Below, piece by piece: positions 38,373 through 51,000 of a DNA stretch of 64,000 nt. Source of the stretch: Ophelia neglecta (lineage: Eukaryota); contig OZ260666.1 in the NCBI GenBank assembly GCA_965285935.1, forward strand, positions 43,152,001-43,216,000, read 5' to 3'. Each line of letters begins with the position of its first letter. The first letter of the stretch is position 1. Both the position numbers and the translations under genes were made by a program. A model generated the notes under the pieces. The model was not told the origin of the DNA. It worked only from the letters and a program-made list of their open reading frames with translations, and did not search any database.

Positions 38373-38659
38373 TGGTTACAAGTGACTGACTCTGTGTCCA
38401 TCTTATTAACAATATAAATCTACTCCATATGATATGTTGAAGAGACCTCGATAGTCATTTTTTCTGTTCCATCAACACAAGCCAGCCACATTTTGTCACC
38501 CTATACCATTTCATACTATTAGATAGTTAGAATCTATTTTTAACAGCATCCTGGCGAAAAAATTGTTTTGCTAGCTATAATATTGAAACTAGATTGATGT
38601 CTACGCAAACTGGTGATTATCTAGGTTTCAGCCTTGTTGATTACCGGAAATGGTCGAGT

Positions 38660-39350
38660 TCGCCAGCTGCCAATTCGATTTTTTGGTTTGATTCAGCATT
38701 TGAAGTAAATCTAATTGCTCGAAGTTGGACCAATTAGGTTTGAAAAGAGTTTAAATTGTATCTAATGATTGATTTGACCAATTACTTTAAAATGAGTTTA
38801 AATTGTGCCAAGTGATTGATTTCAGTTATTTGTAGTCACCAGAAATGGACCAGTTTGCCAGCTGCCAATTCAATTTAAGTCAAATATTTGTCGCAAATAA
38901 TCACCATAATCTCCGAAAGTTTGGCCAATGAATTATACTGGTTCCAAATGATAGATATGAGTCGTAATTAATGTACTATTTACAACTTTTTGAATTGGCA
39001 GCTAACACAACCTTCAGCTGCCAATTCGTTTTTTGGATCCCGCCATCTTTCGCATCCGAAAAAATTGTGCAATCGCATGCAAGCCAGGCAGCGTTCTGAT
39101 CGACAGACCCATGAGGGCCGGTAGAATGTCAGGACATGCTTAAGCATTAGAACGTGGTCACGTGGCCTACTATTTGAATTGTTATTCACTTTACAAAACT
39201 ATCCATCTGTGACTTAATTATGTGGCCCTTAATCATTGGTTTGAATTAGGGCCTATTGGTTTTGTTCTTTTAGCAACTTTTTGTACCTTCAACTGGCAGC
39301 TGGAATTGGCAGCTAACTTTACTTTCAGCTGTCAATTGGCAGCTTACTGT
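38660..39350. repeat. Cluster of direct and inverted CAGCTGCCAATTC motifs (possible DNA-transposon subterminal repeats)
   Basis: Forward copies at ~38662, 38857 and 39016; inverted copies at ~38992, 39303 and 39334. Confidence 0.45.
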
Positions 39351-40646
39351 ACGTTGCTTCATAAGATTCCCGAATATGGCTTTCTTTTCTTAGTGTTTAA
39401 CACATTTGAAATGCCCATCGTTAAACTATTAAGCCCTTCAAAGGTTTGGCAGAAATCTTAGAATAATTATTTTCATCACCTATCTGCCAATATCCACACT
39501 AATTATAAGCTTTATCGTGAATTTCAATTCGCTCACAAGCTATTATGCGAAAAAAAGGTCACAAATATGTTATCAGGTTTCTTCATGTAAAATAATTTGT
39601 AGTTATTTGTTAAATCTACTCTGACAAGGTAAAACGACCTTACCTCTTTATTGTTGAAAATCAGATTTTTGGCCAAAATATCACTAGAAATGTATTACAC
39701 AAATCATTCCATCTCACCCAACTAATCAAAGAGGAAGTGCAATTTTGTATCAGCAAATTACCAGGCATATAAAAGAATTTCCAGGAATGAATACCATAAA
39801 GGTAAAAGAATGACGAAAAGAAATAAATGTGTCTGAGCCCTAATCGTGCTAAAACATTTTGATCGGGTTGCAATTTTGGAGTAATTTTTTACTTAGGTGA
39901 TCTTGCTTTTATTTTTGAGGTTTTACATCAATATATAACAAAACTTCTATACTGAAGTTATAACACTGACTATTATTAAAACATAGCATTCTACATTGAA
40001 AAAAATCATGAAAGCATGATGTTGGTTAACGAAACTGTAACAAGCAGAGATTAACTTCATTTAATCCTGTATGACTTATTTTCAGGGACTAATTCACTAT
40101 CCGGTATGATCTATAATCCAAGGTGTACTTCAAGATCCGATATGACCTAACACGTTAGTATTGAACTCGTTCTAAATAAGTACGAGATAAGTAAGATAAA
40201 ATGCCACAGACGAGTTTCAATTTTTTCATGGAAAGAAATAGCCAAAGAATTGGATATCTTGATGCCCTATGAGTTTATGTTTCATTTTAAGTTTCATATT
40301 GTTTTTTGATATTTAGGTTAATCGGCCTCAATATTTGACGTCCACTGATAGAACCGCAAGTCTTTGTTTCTTTCTGCCCCGGTCAACCTTAGAAATACAA
40401 TTAAATCTTTTCAATGTGATTCAAGTAACAACAACATGCCAAATTGAGCCTCCGCTTAGCGGATTCGGAGAGAAATAATAAAGTATACCTAATACTTCAC
40501 ATAACAGAAACTCTGTTCAAAATATTACTTCATGCTAGAGGATAGCCAGGGACTGCATTTCATTTTAAAATGAGCAAGTATGATTACCGGAGTGTTAGGA
40601 AGGTTATACCGTATAGCTGAATTGCAAGATTTTACCGCGTGCTAAG

Positions 40647-43600
40647 TTACTCGGTACTGCATACCGACCGAGGGTGTTCTAACATGGATACTTTGAGACC
40701 TAGGTTTTCATCCGCGTGGTTTTCATTTCCATGGTTTACAAACGCATGGTTTTCACTCCCGTGCATTTCATTGTTGCTGTGGTTTTCACTCTCTTGGTTG
40801 TCATTGCCACTGCACATGGCTCTCGCCTGCGGGCTTCTTGTCCTAGACGGCAATATAAGAAAAGATCAAATTAGAGAGAAAACGTTCAAAATTGTGAAAA
40901 TGGAACTACCATGCAGAAGTATAAAATAAAAATAAGACAGCAGACTTATTAGTTGATGAGGGCGAAAGGTAGGTTTAACACGGCCTTTTTTGTAGTCATA
41001 TCACTGGTTTAAAAAAAAAATGCTTTTCATATTTATTTTACCAGTTAAGAATGAAATGTAGAAAGTAATCTTTTTTTTAGATTATATTCAGCACAAAAAC
41101 CCTTACTGTGCATCCACTGAGTCCACATTATAACCCTTAGGTCCATTACTTTTGTCTTTCTTGTTGTGAATTAAAAAGCCAAGTTTTAGGACTACAAAAG
41201 ACTTTTGCTTGTAATGAGACATTTGCAGTAATTTTTTTCAAATTATGATACTGTAACATTGACAACAAGGCTTATCTCCGCGGTTCCCCCCCAAAAATAT
41301 CTAAATAATATTCAAGCGTCCTTGTATCTTTCACAAACATATAATCGCGAACTTGCTGCCATCCGTACTTAGACATGACATTTTACTGTATTTTTCGACT
41401 TACGGGTACTTTATTTAATAAGAGAAAAATAAAAACATACAAAGACAGAGGAATGTAGACCGCATTTGTTCGTTTTCCACCATTTTGTACTTGTCTTCTC
41501 ATCAACTTACAAGCCAAAGCTCCACACACACCACCAATAATACCGGAAATGGCTACAGCCAGACCTAACACTAGGAATCAAACAATATATCTACCACTAT
41601 CCCTATCTAGTACAATTAAACATGGATTATCAAAATTTTGAGGTTTAAATTATGCGAAAATCAATCCAGATTTTGATGAATCATTCTGATTGTAATACAT
41701 GCGAAATTTATCTTCCTGAACGACAGTTAAGGGAATGAAAGGTTAGCAACAGACGTTTGAAGGAACCATTTTTATAAAATCTTAGCATTTGATTCGCTAG
41801 AAAAATAGGTCAACATCGAAAATTAAAGTGTGTTTCAATGTGTTCTCAATGAAGCTAGGTCCTACCCTCCGTTGTATAAGTAGTTCTCGAGTTCCAATTT
41901 CGACTAGACTCACTGTTCCCGATTAAGTTGACGCTACGAGCTGTTGGATTGCTTTTCGAAGCTGAGCAACCGTCAATCGCACACGTCAGGCTACAAGATG
42001 GCGTTCTCGGGCATGTCACACTACATTCGGAACAGGCGCAGGCTGGACAAGATATGTTTGGCGATGCTGGGCAAGCCGTTTGACAATCAGGGCACGTGAC
42101 ATTCATTTTTGGACAGGAGAGATTACAGTCGGGACAAATGTTATGTGCGCTGGGACAATCCAGTTGGACATTAGGACATTTGCAATCCGGGCATGTGAAG
42201 TCTAGCATTGGACAAATCAGTTTACAATCGAGACAGGTAAAGTTAAACAAGGGGGTGGGGATGAATGGCGGTGTAGCGGTAGGGGGTTCGATTGTTTGGT
42301 CGTGCCTTGTTGTGGGGACAGGATCGGTTGTTTGGACAGACTCGGTTGCTGGCTCAATTGTTGGAATAGTTTTGTTAACAGTGCAGAATCTAAAACTGCA
42401 CCAGGCTTGCCGTGGATAGTTTAGCTGGTATATATAAAAATTTCCCTGGTCGGACGGACACAGCTTCACCTGAAAGAAAGAAACAAATGCTCAAGACTTG
42501 CTATACATCTTTATGTTATAGGGGGCCCTATTATGTAGTAATAATAAGTGAAAACGCCCGTAGAAGTGTTACCCTCCAACTGACCTTAACGGCCAGTGTT
42601 TTGTAACAACAGTTTTGACTCCAATGAATACACGCCCTCATGGCCTTCACCTCAAAGTCTAAAAGAAAAGAAATGTATTAAAGCTCAAAACGTGACAGTT
42701 GTGTTTGCTTGTCAATCATATTTCAAAATTTGTTTAAGACTGTTCAATAGAAAATATGCTGTTTTTTTATAGCAAGTTTGTTAATGTCGGGTGTACAATT
42801 TCTTCTGTTTATGCCTATTATGTATTGAGAAAGCATACTCTTGAAAACCCGGTTAGCATACCTAACCTTTTGCTACTTTTAATGAAAACTAAACTAGGCC
42901 TATTCGCATTTGTTTTTAAGAGTTTGAACCCAAGTCTGGTGTAGATTAGGGTACATTATTTCATTTATTCGTGACCATTTTAACGTTAAATCAAATAAAA
43001 CATTCTTTTAAAAAATACAGTTAGACGTAATTTTTGGTAATAATCATTGCGAAATAAATGAGAAGACGAAAAATATACCATCTTCAGCAATATTTTTGGC
43101 ATATAGGTCTATTGGCCAAAATCCGTTGACCTCCCTTAAGGAAGCTAAAATTACACTTAGCACATAGTAGCAGCAGTAGTATAAAATGCACATTAAACAA
43201 ATATTTATATTACTGTTTAGGATTTCTTGGTGTTTCTTACTTGTTGGATGAGTGCCGTTAATGAAAGCCGTGGCGTGGGTTTGGCAGCGCCTGGCGGGAG
43301 GACAGGTCTCCGGGATCATGTCTCCCCCCGTCCCGTTAAACCGATACCACGCCTCTGCAATGAAAATAAGTTATGGCTTTTCCTTTGTACCTAGCGAAGC
43401 ATTCCCCTAATTTCATTTTTAACCTACCTCGGTCAATAATTTGGTTGTTATCACATTGTGGTGAGCTACTGTCAGTGTTTAAGATACTCCTGGTCGGATC
43501 GTCGAATGTGGTGTGCCCTCCCTCGGAGCAAATGTCTTGACCAGTAGCCAAAACTGCGCAAAATCAAATTTAGCCAATAAAAACCATAAGCCTAATATAT

Positions 43601-44006
43601 ATACAGTGAAACCTGTGAATTGAGACCACCCAAGGGACTGGACAATACTGGTCTGATTGTGGAGATGGTTAGTTTAGACAGGCATTTTTACATTGAAAGC
43701 TCAGTATGGTCTTAGGAGGTCAGAATATAGAGGTGGTCTTTAAGTCAGGTTCCACTGTATTAAGATCAAATTTATTCAAGTTAAACCAACACAAATTCAG
43801 TTTCCAATTTTAGATGAGCATACTATCACGAATAATTATGCTAATTATTTTAAGAGAGAAGTTGTACAGAAAACACTGAAGTTCTTTCAGTGCCACCAAT
43901 TCTATTTGAAAAATGAAGCGAAAAGAAGGCTTTATACTGCCTTATAAATTGACTTTTTACCTGATATCAACATCAAAAAACATCCAATTTTTTCGGGTCG
44001 AGCCAT
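40647..44006 (-). CDS. D8C (UMOD/GP2/OIT3-type) domain, Cys-rich-stalk single-pass membrane protein, paralogue A (~429 aa)
   Basis: Exons 44006-43961, 43553-43428, 43354-43241, 42658-42585, 42469-41866, 41570-41441, 40842-40647 (1290 nt, one frame, GT-AG). D8C pattern: C..DPTRS..CD..WYRFNGTGGDMIPETCPPARRCQTHA..INGTHP..CIHWSQNCC..VKLC..FYIYQL..C.FRFC. Hydrophobic N-terminus; TM VLGLAVAISGIIGGVCGALAC. Confidence 0.9.
43604..43757. mobile_element. Tc1/mariner-type MITE in intron 1 of paralogue A
   Basis: TA|cagtgaaacctgtgaattgagaccacc ... ggtggtctttaagtcaggttccactg|TA. Confidence 0.8.
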
Positions 44007-46421
44007 GAGTAGAGTCTATCGGTCCACTGTTTAACTTTAAATCTCTAAGCCTAATAAAGGAATTACTTCAATTTACTATAATACATTGCGTAGTAATATA
44101 GCTCCATAGCTAGCTAGGTGGCGTATCAAGTATAGCTTCAATAACATTTGAGTACCATGAAGCTAGCCCTTACTTGGTCCATTAACGAATTCCAGAACAT
44201 CACATGACATCCGCTCATTGTTTAGAGGTTTAGACACCATGAAATTAGACCTGATTTTGGGAGATGAATCTATCACCAACATTGAAGAGGTCACATAGTT
44301 GTTAACCTACTTTGATAATAGTGTAAGATGAGCTTTTGCACTGGTAAACTATATGTTCGCATTTTTCTATATAGTTTACTGAAAATTGACATTTTCTATA
44401 TCTACATGTACTCATTTAAAAGTCTATGCTATTTTGCGGGTATATGCTTTTATATAGCTTATGTTTTTAATTAGTAACTATAAATAACCATTTATGATTG
44501 TAATGAAATAAATGATTTTATCGGTGCTGGGCTTAGACCTTGGCGGTTGTTTACCTTTAGTATTCCCTTTGTTTATTTATTTATCTCACGCGCCAAATTC
44601 TTATCTATTTCGCACAATGCATTGGTGTAATTATTGTAATCTCGGGGGGGGGGCGTGATTCTCGCCGTCTCCTCCTGGCCAATCAGGAGCCAGGGTTTTT
44701 ATCCCTTCCGGTTTTGTTCTCCAGTAAATCGGTCATTTCTTCAGCTTACTCACAGCGATCAGACGTGCTAAAATTCTTCAAAACCCCCCTCCATCCTCCC
44801 CTGCTTCCCCCTGTATTTGCTAACCCCGCCTAGGTCTACGCTCTCCACCACCCTAGTTTGTCTTAAACAGGTACTTTTTCTTGTGGAACTGTAATTAGGT
44901 AGATTTGCTATTCTGTAAGTGTAATGAGTTGTCTTAGATTGGTCTTAAATATGTACTGTTCTCTTATAATGCTGTATTGAACTAGATCTGCTAATTTCTG
45001 TAAAGTATGTTTAGTGGTAAGATTTGCCTTAATTTTATGTATTGTCTATTCTTAGTTTACATGTGCCCATTTTACCCACACAGACTTGTATAAACTACCT
45101 ATAGAGACTGTTATGTAATCCTATGCTAAGGTAAATTGTGTATATATATTGTGTGTTTTTTATGGTGCTGTAAATAAACTTTGTCAAAGTTGAGAACTCA
45201 TCAACCTTGGCCTTTTCAAGCTTACCCTCTCTTATGTTTTAAGTCCAGTGCTACGATAAATAGACATAGGTTGTTGACTATACAATACGTTCATACGTAA
45301 CGAAAGTATAGTTGTTGCAAACAGTGTGTTCCACTAGACCTATATGTATATTTTTCTGTTTTCATACATTTCCTTAAATAATTTTTTCCACTGATTGGTT
45401 TAGTTTAAAGATACATGTACCTGTAAACCACAGTTACGCGAGACGCTTGTATAACTAATTGTACATAGGTATCTTGTTATACATAGGTAGTTATACATAT
45501 CGGCTGTGAACCTCTATAGATATAAAGTAGTAGATGTTCCGTTTATCGAAGAACCACGGCAATGAATGTGAGGTTTACCCTGCCAATTAAATTTGTTGGA
45601 AGGGAAATAGAAAAAAATCGAATGCAATTTAGCACTAAATAATGGTGATTTTCAAAGAAAAATCGACAGAAACATGAAGAAGGTTGATTGTTGAGATAGT
45701 TACTTTTTTGCGTGCCTAATGGCTCAATTTAGTAAATCCTATCGGGATTTTTAAGGGACAATTTTGGATGAATATTTCTGGTTACCGTTGATGTTTATTT
45801 GGATTCAAATAGCTCTATAAAGTATTGGGTTTAAATATCGAAAATTTGAGACACCATTACATAGATCCATCTTTACTAGACGCAATACCGTTCACTGACT
45901 TAAAATCAGTCAATTAGTGAATGAGTTATAAATTCTTAGCCTGAACATTTAGACGCCCTCTGTAAAATACAAACATAATATGCTTTGTATGAATAACATT
46001 TATTGGATTGAGTTTCCTTCTTCTTTGATTAAATAAGAAAAGTATTTTTAGTTTAAACACGCAGCAGACTAAATTGCATCCAGCATTCATGCCAAGGCCA
46101 AGTTTAAGGTAACCGTAAGTATTCACTCTATACAAATCAAACTTTTTATGTCGTCACAAGCTCACAACTATACCAAAAGCTTGACGACTCGTGAACAGTT
46201 TCGTTGTCCTTTGTCACTACATTGAAGATTTTTTGTTCGTAATAATTCAAGCATCTACAAATAAGGAAAATTGCTGCAAGAAATGAAAACATTAACTGCC
46301 AAGATTAACTGGAAATTATAAACTCTCGTTAAACAATTTATACCGAAAGTCCAGAAACGATTGTTGACATGACATACATGTACGTATACCATTAAGTGAA
46401 GGCTATTAAGAAGGCTTAAAT

Positions 46422-46757
46422 GGGGGGGGGGGGGGTGCACTCCCTATACCATGGTAGGAACAAGTGTCCCGTTATTGACCACCCTTTTTCGCCAAATGGT
46501 GTAGAGTTTTGACCCTTTCTTGTAGGAGTATACTCGATGCATAAGTTTCGACCCCCCACTTTATGGAAAAATATAATGCTTTTCCTCCATCAATTTGAGA
46601 TGGGCCATAATTTTGATCCCTGTTATCATCCTAAATGTAGGACCCCATTATTATGTAGAGTTTGACCCCCTAAATTTGGGCCTCAATTTTGAGGTCGCTC
46701 TTTTTTTTCAAAGGTTTGCAGCGAAATATGTACCCCCCCCCCCCCCCCCCCCCCCGG
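46422..46757. mobile_element. Non-autonomous element bounded by poly-G and poly-C
   Basis: G-run+tgcac at the left, gtac+C-run at the right, internal repeated ttgacccc motifs. Confidence 0.45.
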
Positions 46758-48034
46758 TTTATTTGTAATTCAGATATATTCTAGCCGATGAAGAATCTTA
46801 CACCATATCTGTGCTACGAACAACGGCCTTGGCACTTAACATTAACCAATTTATTCCAATAATTCACCCCGTCATTTAAATATATATTTGAGAACTTCTT
46901 TCCATGTCCTTATATTTTAGTTAGTTTCTAAAGGTACAGGTGAAAATCAGAGCGAAAATTAACTGCTCAGATAGCCTACTAGTGAACATGCCCATTTCAC
47001 TTGTTGAAATTCTTACTTTGCTGTCACTTTACAAAAGAAGTAATATTTTCATATACGGATAAAAATAAAAAAGACGAACATATTGCAATGATCGGTGCCA
47101 TCCAATTAAATAAGCTTTTACATGTTGCAAAATAATTAATTTGATTAACAACAATTATGGTGCAATCCAATGAAAATCAAATGAATTCTGATGATAGTTA
47201 TCAATATGGTTTATTATCATTTAACATAGAGGATTGAATAATATTAATGGCCATTTACTTTATTTCAAACAAAAGCAGTGAAAAAATTGAGAAGCGAAAA
47301 ATTTGGCAAAGGCAATAGAAGGAGTGGAAATATCAGAGTTAATCGCAAAAGTGGGGAACTAGAAACAGCCACACCACAGATGAAGTCAGAAAGATTTAAG
47401 GTGTGAAGAAAAATGGGTACCACGTTTGCCACATGTCACACCAGCTACCATACAATAGTTATGCATAAGCCTAAATAAAGTCAGTTATGTTTTTAAATTC
47501 ATAAAATGCTGGTTTAGTTATAACCTTTAGAGTAAATTTATAGATCTTAGTATGTAATGACCTAAGATCTAACGTCTTTAATTCAAAGCGCATCAAGCCT
47601 TCAAATATCTAGTCCAATAGGCAAAGTTAATAACCGTTGGCGTAATGTGTAATATTGAACAGAGGCTTTGCATTGGTTATGGGACCATTCGCTATATCGA
47701 TCTTAAGACCACTGTGATCACGGTAAAAAAGAGCTGAAAGCTTTGAAACAATAACATTGGTAGCGCAATTTTATATAAATACTGAAAGGTTTCGTATTCA
47801 AGCAATTACATGATATGCAAATGGGAAAGTAAAAAAAAAACTACATTCATGGGTTGAATTGTAAACAAATGACGTTGTCGCTATAGAACGTTTGAGGGGC
47901 CCAAGTCAAATCTTTATTCAAACAGTTTGATTTGTATTGGACGTATTGAGTTAATTGTATATGAATGAGTGGAGCGATTGTGTCAAAAGGATCAAATATA
48001 ATTATAGTGTTACAATGTTACTAGCTGACTGTAC

Positions 48035-51000
48035 TCAGTTATTGCAAACAGATCGAGGGTTTGCTAACATGAGAAGTTCGTCATACGGGTTCTCACCGGC
48101 GTGGGTTTCACTCCTTTGGTTGTCGATGGCACTGCACATTCCCCCGGCTGGAGGGCTTCTCGGCCTAGACAACAGAATCAGGAAAAAAGGGATGAACGTT
48201 TCATGTGTGAAAATAGCTATATACACGTCTGTTCCCCAAATACTAGAAAGAACCTTTTTGGAATTGTACCCATATTGTTTTTAATAATTACTACAGTTTC
48301 CAATGTACCCTTGACACGTTGCAGTTATTTTGACAATAAGGATCGTTAAAGGACATAGGCTTTATAGGTTGTCATATTCTATATAACACACTGTGTCTCA
48401 CTTTCCCTCATTGCCTGCTATAAATCGACTTAAGAAAAGGAAATGTATACCTACGAAGATGTGGGTCTGGAGTTCGAACCTGCTCGCCACCCGCCATTCC
48501 GCTTTTTCCTATCACTAACGAGCTTGGAAAGCAAACCTCCGCACACACCACCGAGTATGAATGACAGGGCAATAGCCAGGCCGAGCACTGAAATGTAATT
48601 CAGATAAAACCAAGAAGGCTGTCATTTTTCAGAGGCAATTATACCAAACCATGTACATGCCGCACCAACCAGTTTCTGTGATACGTCGTGTATCTATCTT
48701 AAAGTTGGGGATTCGTAAACGAAATCGACCGAAATGCAGATTACCTGAGCCATCAGCAGAAACAGTTAAACAAGTGAATCCGTTATTAAATACTATTTAT
48801 GTCTATTTCTAAAACACAAACTAAGAGTCCATAGACAAGCGTGCTCCTCTTTTTTGAATTTTTTTAAAAATAATATAGTTCGCCTAAAACTTTTAATTAT
48901 AAGCAAAGTATTCCTAACTAGTTATATTCTTTGGAAGTCAATTTTGATCGGTAGGCGTACACTTTTCTTTAGATAAGTCTTATTGGCCATGTTTCAACAT
49001 TGTAAAGTGTTTATGGCAATAAAAACCTGTTGATTCCAAAAACTTGCTCATTAATTTTAAATTCTATTAATAACAATGCTACTCAAATACAACAACAAAG
49101 GTCTACAGGCACACGAGTTTCACAATTTGTTAGTAGAACTTCATTATGGTAGGCTATTTTTGTCCTTCGTATATTGTTTTTATATTAGGATGACAATAAT
49201 TAACTATAGCCTTTAAATAAGATCCAGTTAACAATATGATTAGCAAAATGGATAAATGTTTACCTTCTGAAGAGTGAATCATGCTCCCATTCCCAGCAGG
49301 CTTAGGACTATTGTGGGCGATGAAGGTACTGCTCCGATGGTCTGCTGTTTCACCTTGGGATTCTGAGCAGCTGACACTCGGGCACGTCAGGTTGCACCCA
49401 GGCGGCCTCGAACAGGTAACACTACAGGCTGGACAATCGCAGGCAGGACAGGAGATGTTAGGAAGTGCTGGGCAAGTCGTCTGGCATGCAGGACACGTGG
49501 TCTCAGCCTTCGGACAGGAAAGATTACATGCGGGACAGAGGTGCTCAACTTTGGGACAAGTCAGTTGGACATCAGGACATTTGCAGTCGGGACAGGTGAA
49601 ATTTAGCTTTGGGCAAGTTAGTTTGCAATCAGGACAAGTAAAATTGAAGTAGGGGTTGGAGAACGAGGGAGGCGTAGGGCTCGGAGGCTCAATGGTGGGG
49701 GCAGTGTTGTTAACAGTGCAAAATCTAAAACTGCACCAGGAGGGCGTTGGGTAGTTAAGTTGGTAAACATAAAAGTTTCCCTGGTCGGAAGGGCACAGCT
49801 TCACCTGAAATAAAACCAAAACATAGGCTTATGCTTTTGAATGGCTTATGATTCCTTTGATTTTTGTGAGAAATGGACGTGAGGAGTTTAGAGGCGACTG
49901 ACCTTAACATCCAATGTTTTGTAACAACATCTGCTACTCCAATGAATACACGCTGTCATGGACTTCACTTCAAAATCTAAAAGAAATGACAAAATGTCAT
50001 AATTATTTTGACTGGGTCATTTATAACGTTGAGATTGTCCTATAGGATGCTCGCAATCATTCTTTTTACAAGTTATGCCAAGAGTGTATTGTTTGAACTG
50101 TGTATTGGTTTTTGCCTATATTTATAACGAGCTCTGAAATAAAGTTGAACTTCTTTAAAAGATTTGCCATTGGCTAATACTGAATGGGCATAATGATAAA
50201 GTAAAGTTATAAATACTAACTGGTGGGATGGGTGCCGTTGATAAAAGCCGTGGCGTGTGTACGGCAGCGGTTCTTTGGAGGACATGTCTCCGGAATCATG
50301 TTTCCTCCCGCCCCAGTGAATCGATACCACATGGCTAGGGTATACAAACTCTTTTAATACGATTAATTATATTAGTGACATTTCTTTTGTAATGGTGGGA
50401 AATATTAAAGTATTAGGCCTCTCATAGTAGAAATTGAATAACAAAGACAAAGCTCATTTTTCGGCAGGGAACCTGCGATGTTTTTCTCTATGTATCAACA
50501 TCTTTAATATTATGCACATGTAGGCTGAAAATTGAATGCGTCGTTCCTCAGACACCATACTATTTCACCTACCACGGTTAATAGTGTTGCCATCACATTG
50601 TGTTCCACTGGAGACGGTGTCCAAAATACTCCTAGACGGGTCGTTTATGACGGTGTAACCCCCTTCGAGGCAAACATCTTGACCTTTCGCGGTCACTTCA
50701 TCGATAACAAGTTAAACAGATATATATTAGAATTAAAATGAGTTCATGTTTTGCGATTGCCATATTTGAAATAGCACTAAAGTATTTTATATCTCGGCTG
50801 AGAAAGGTCTAAAAATTAGCTGTTCAAAGTCCTTCAAAATGTTAATTTCAAATTGAATAATGTACATTGAAAACTGTGAATAGAAACCACCCAATTAACT
50901 GGAAAATAAAGAACTTAGTATGGACGTGGTCTCATTTGAAATTTGTGTACCCTGATGACGGCTGTATCAGTCGAAAGCTCGGAGAATATATCCTTTTTAC

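Noticed and set aside
48075-48095. Idea that receptor B's ENPY is a ligand for the neighbouring tensin PTB (functional cluster)
   Set aside because: The motif is NPY, not NPxY, and adjacency in an animal genome is not evidence of interaction.
48462-48496. tRNA-like GTTCGAACC...CGCCA
   Set aside because: The T-stem does not pair, there is no cloverleaf, and the sequence is the antisense of a coding exon of paralogue B.
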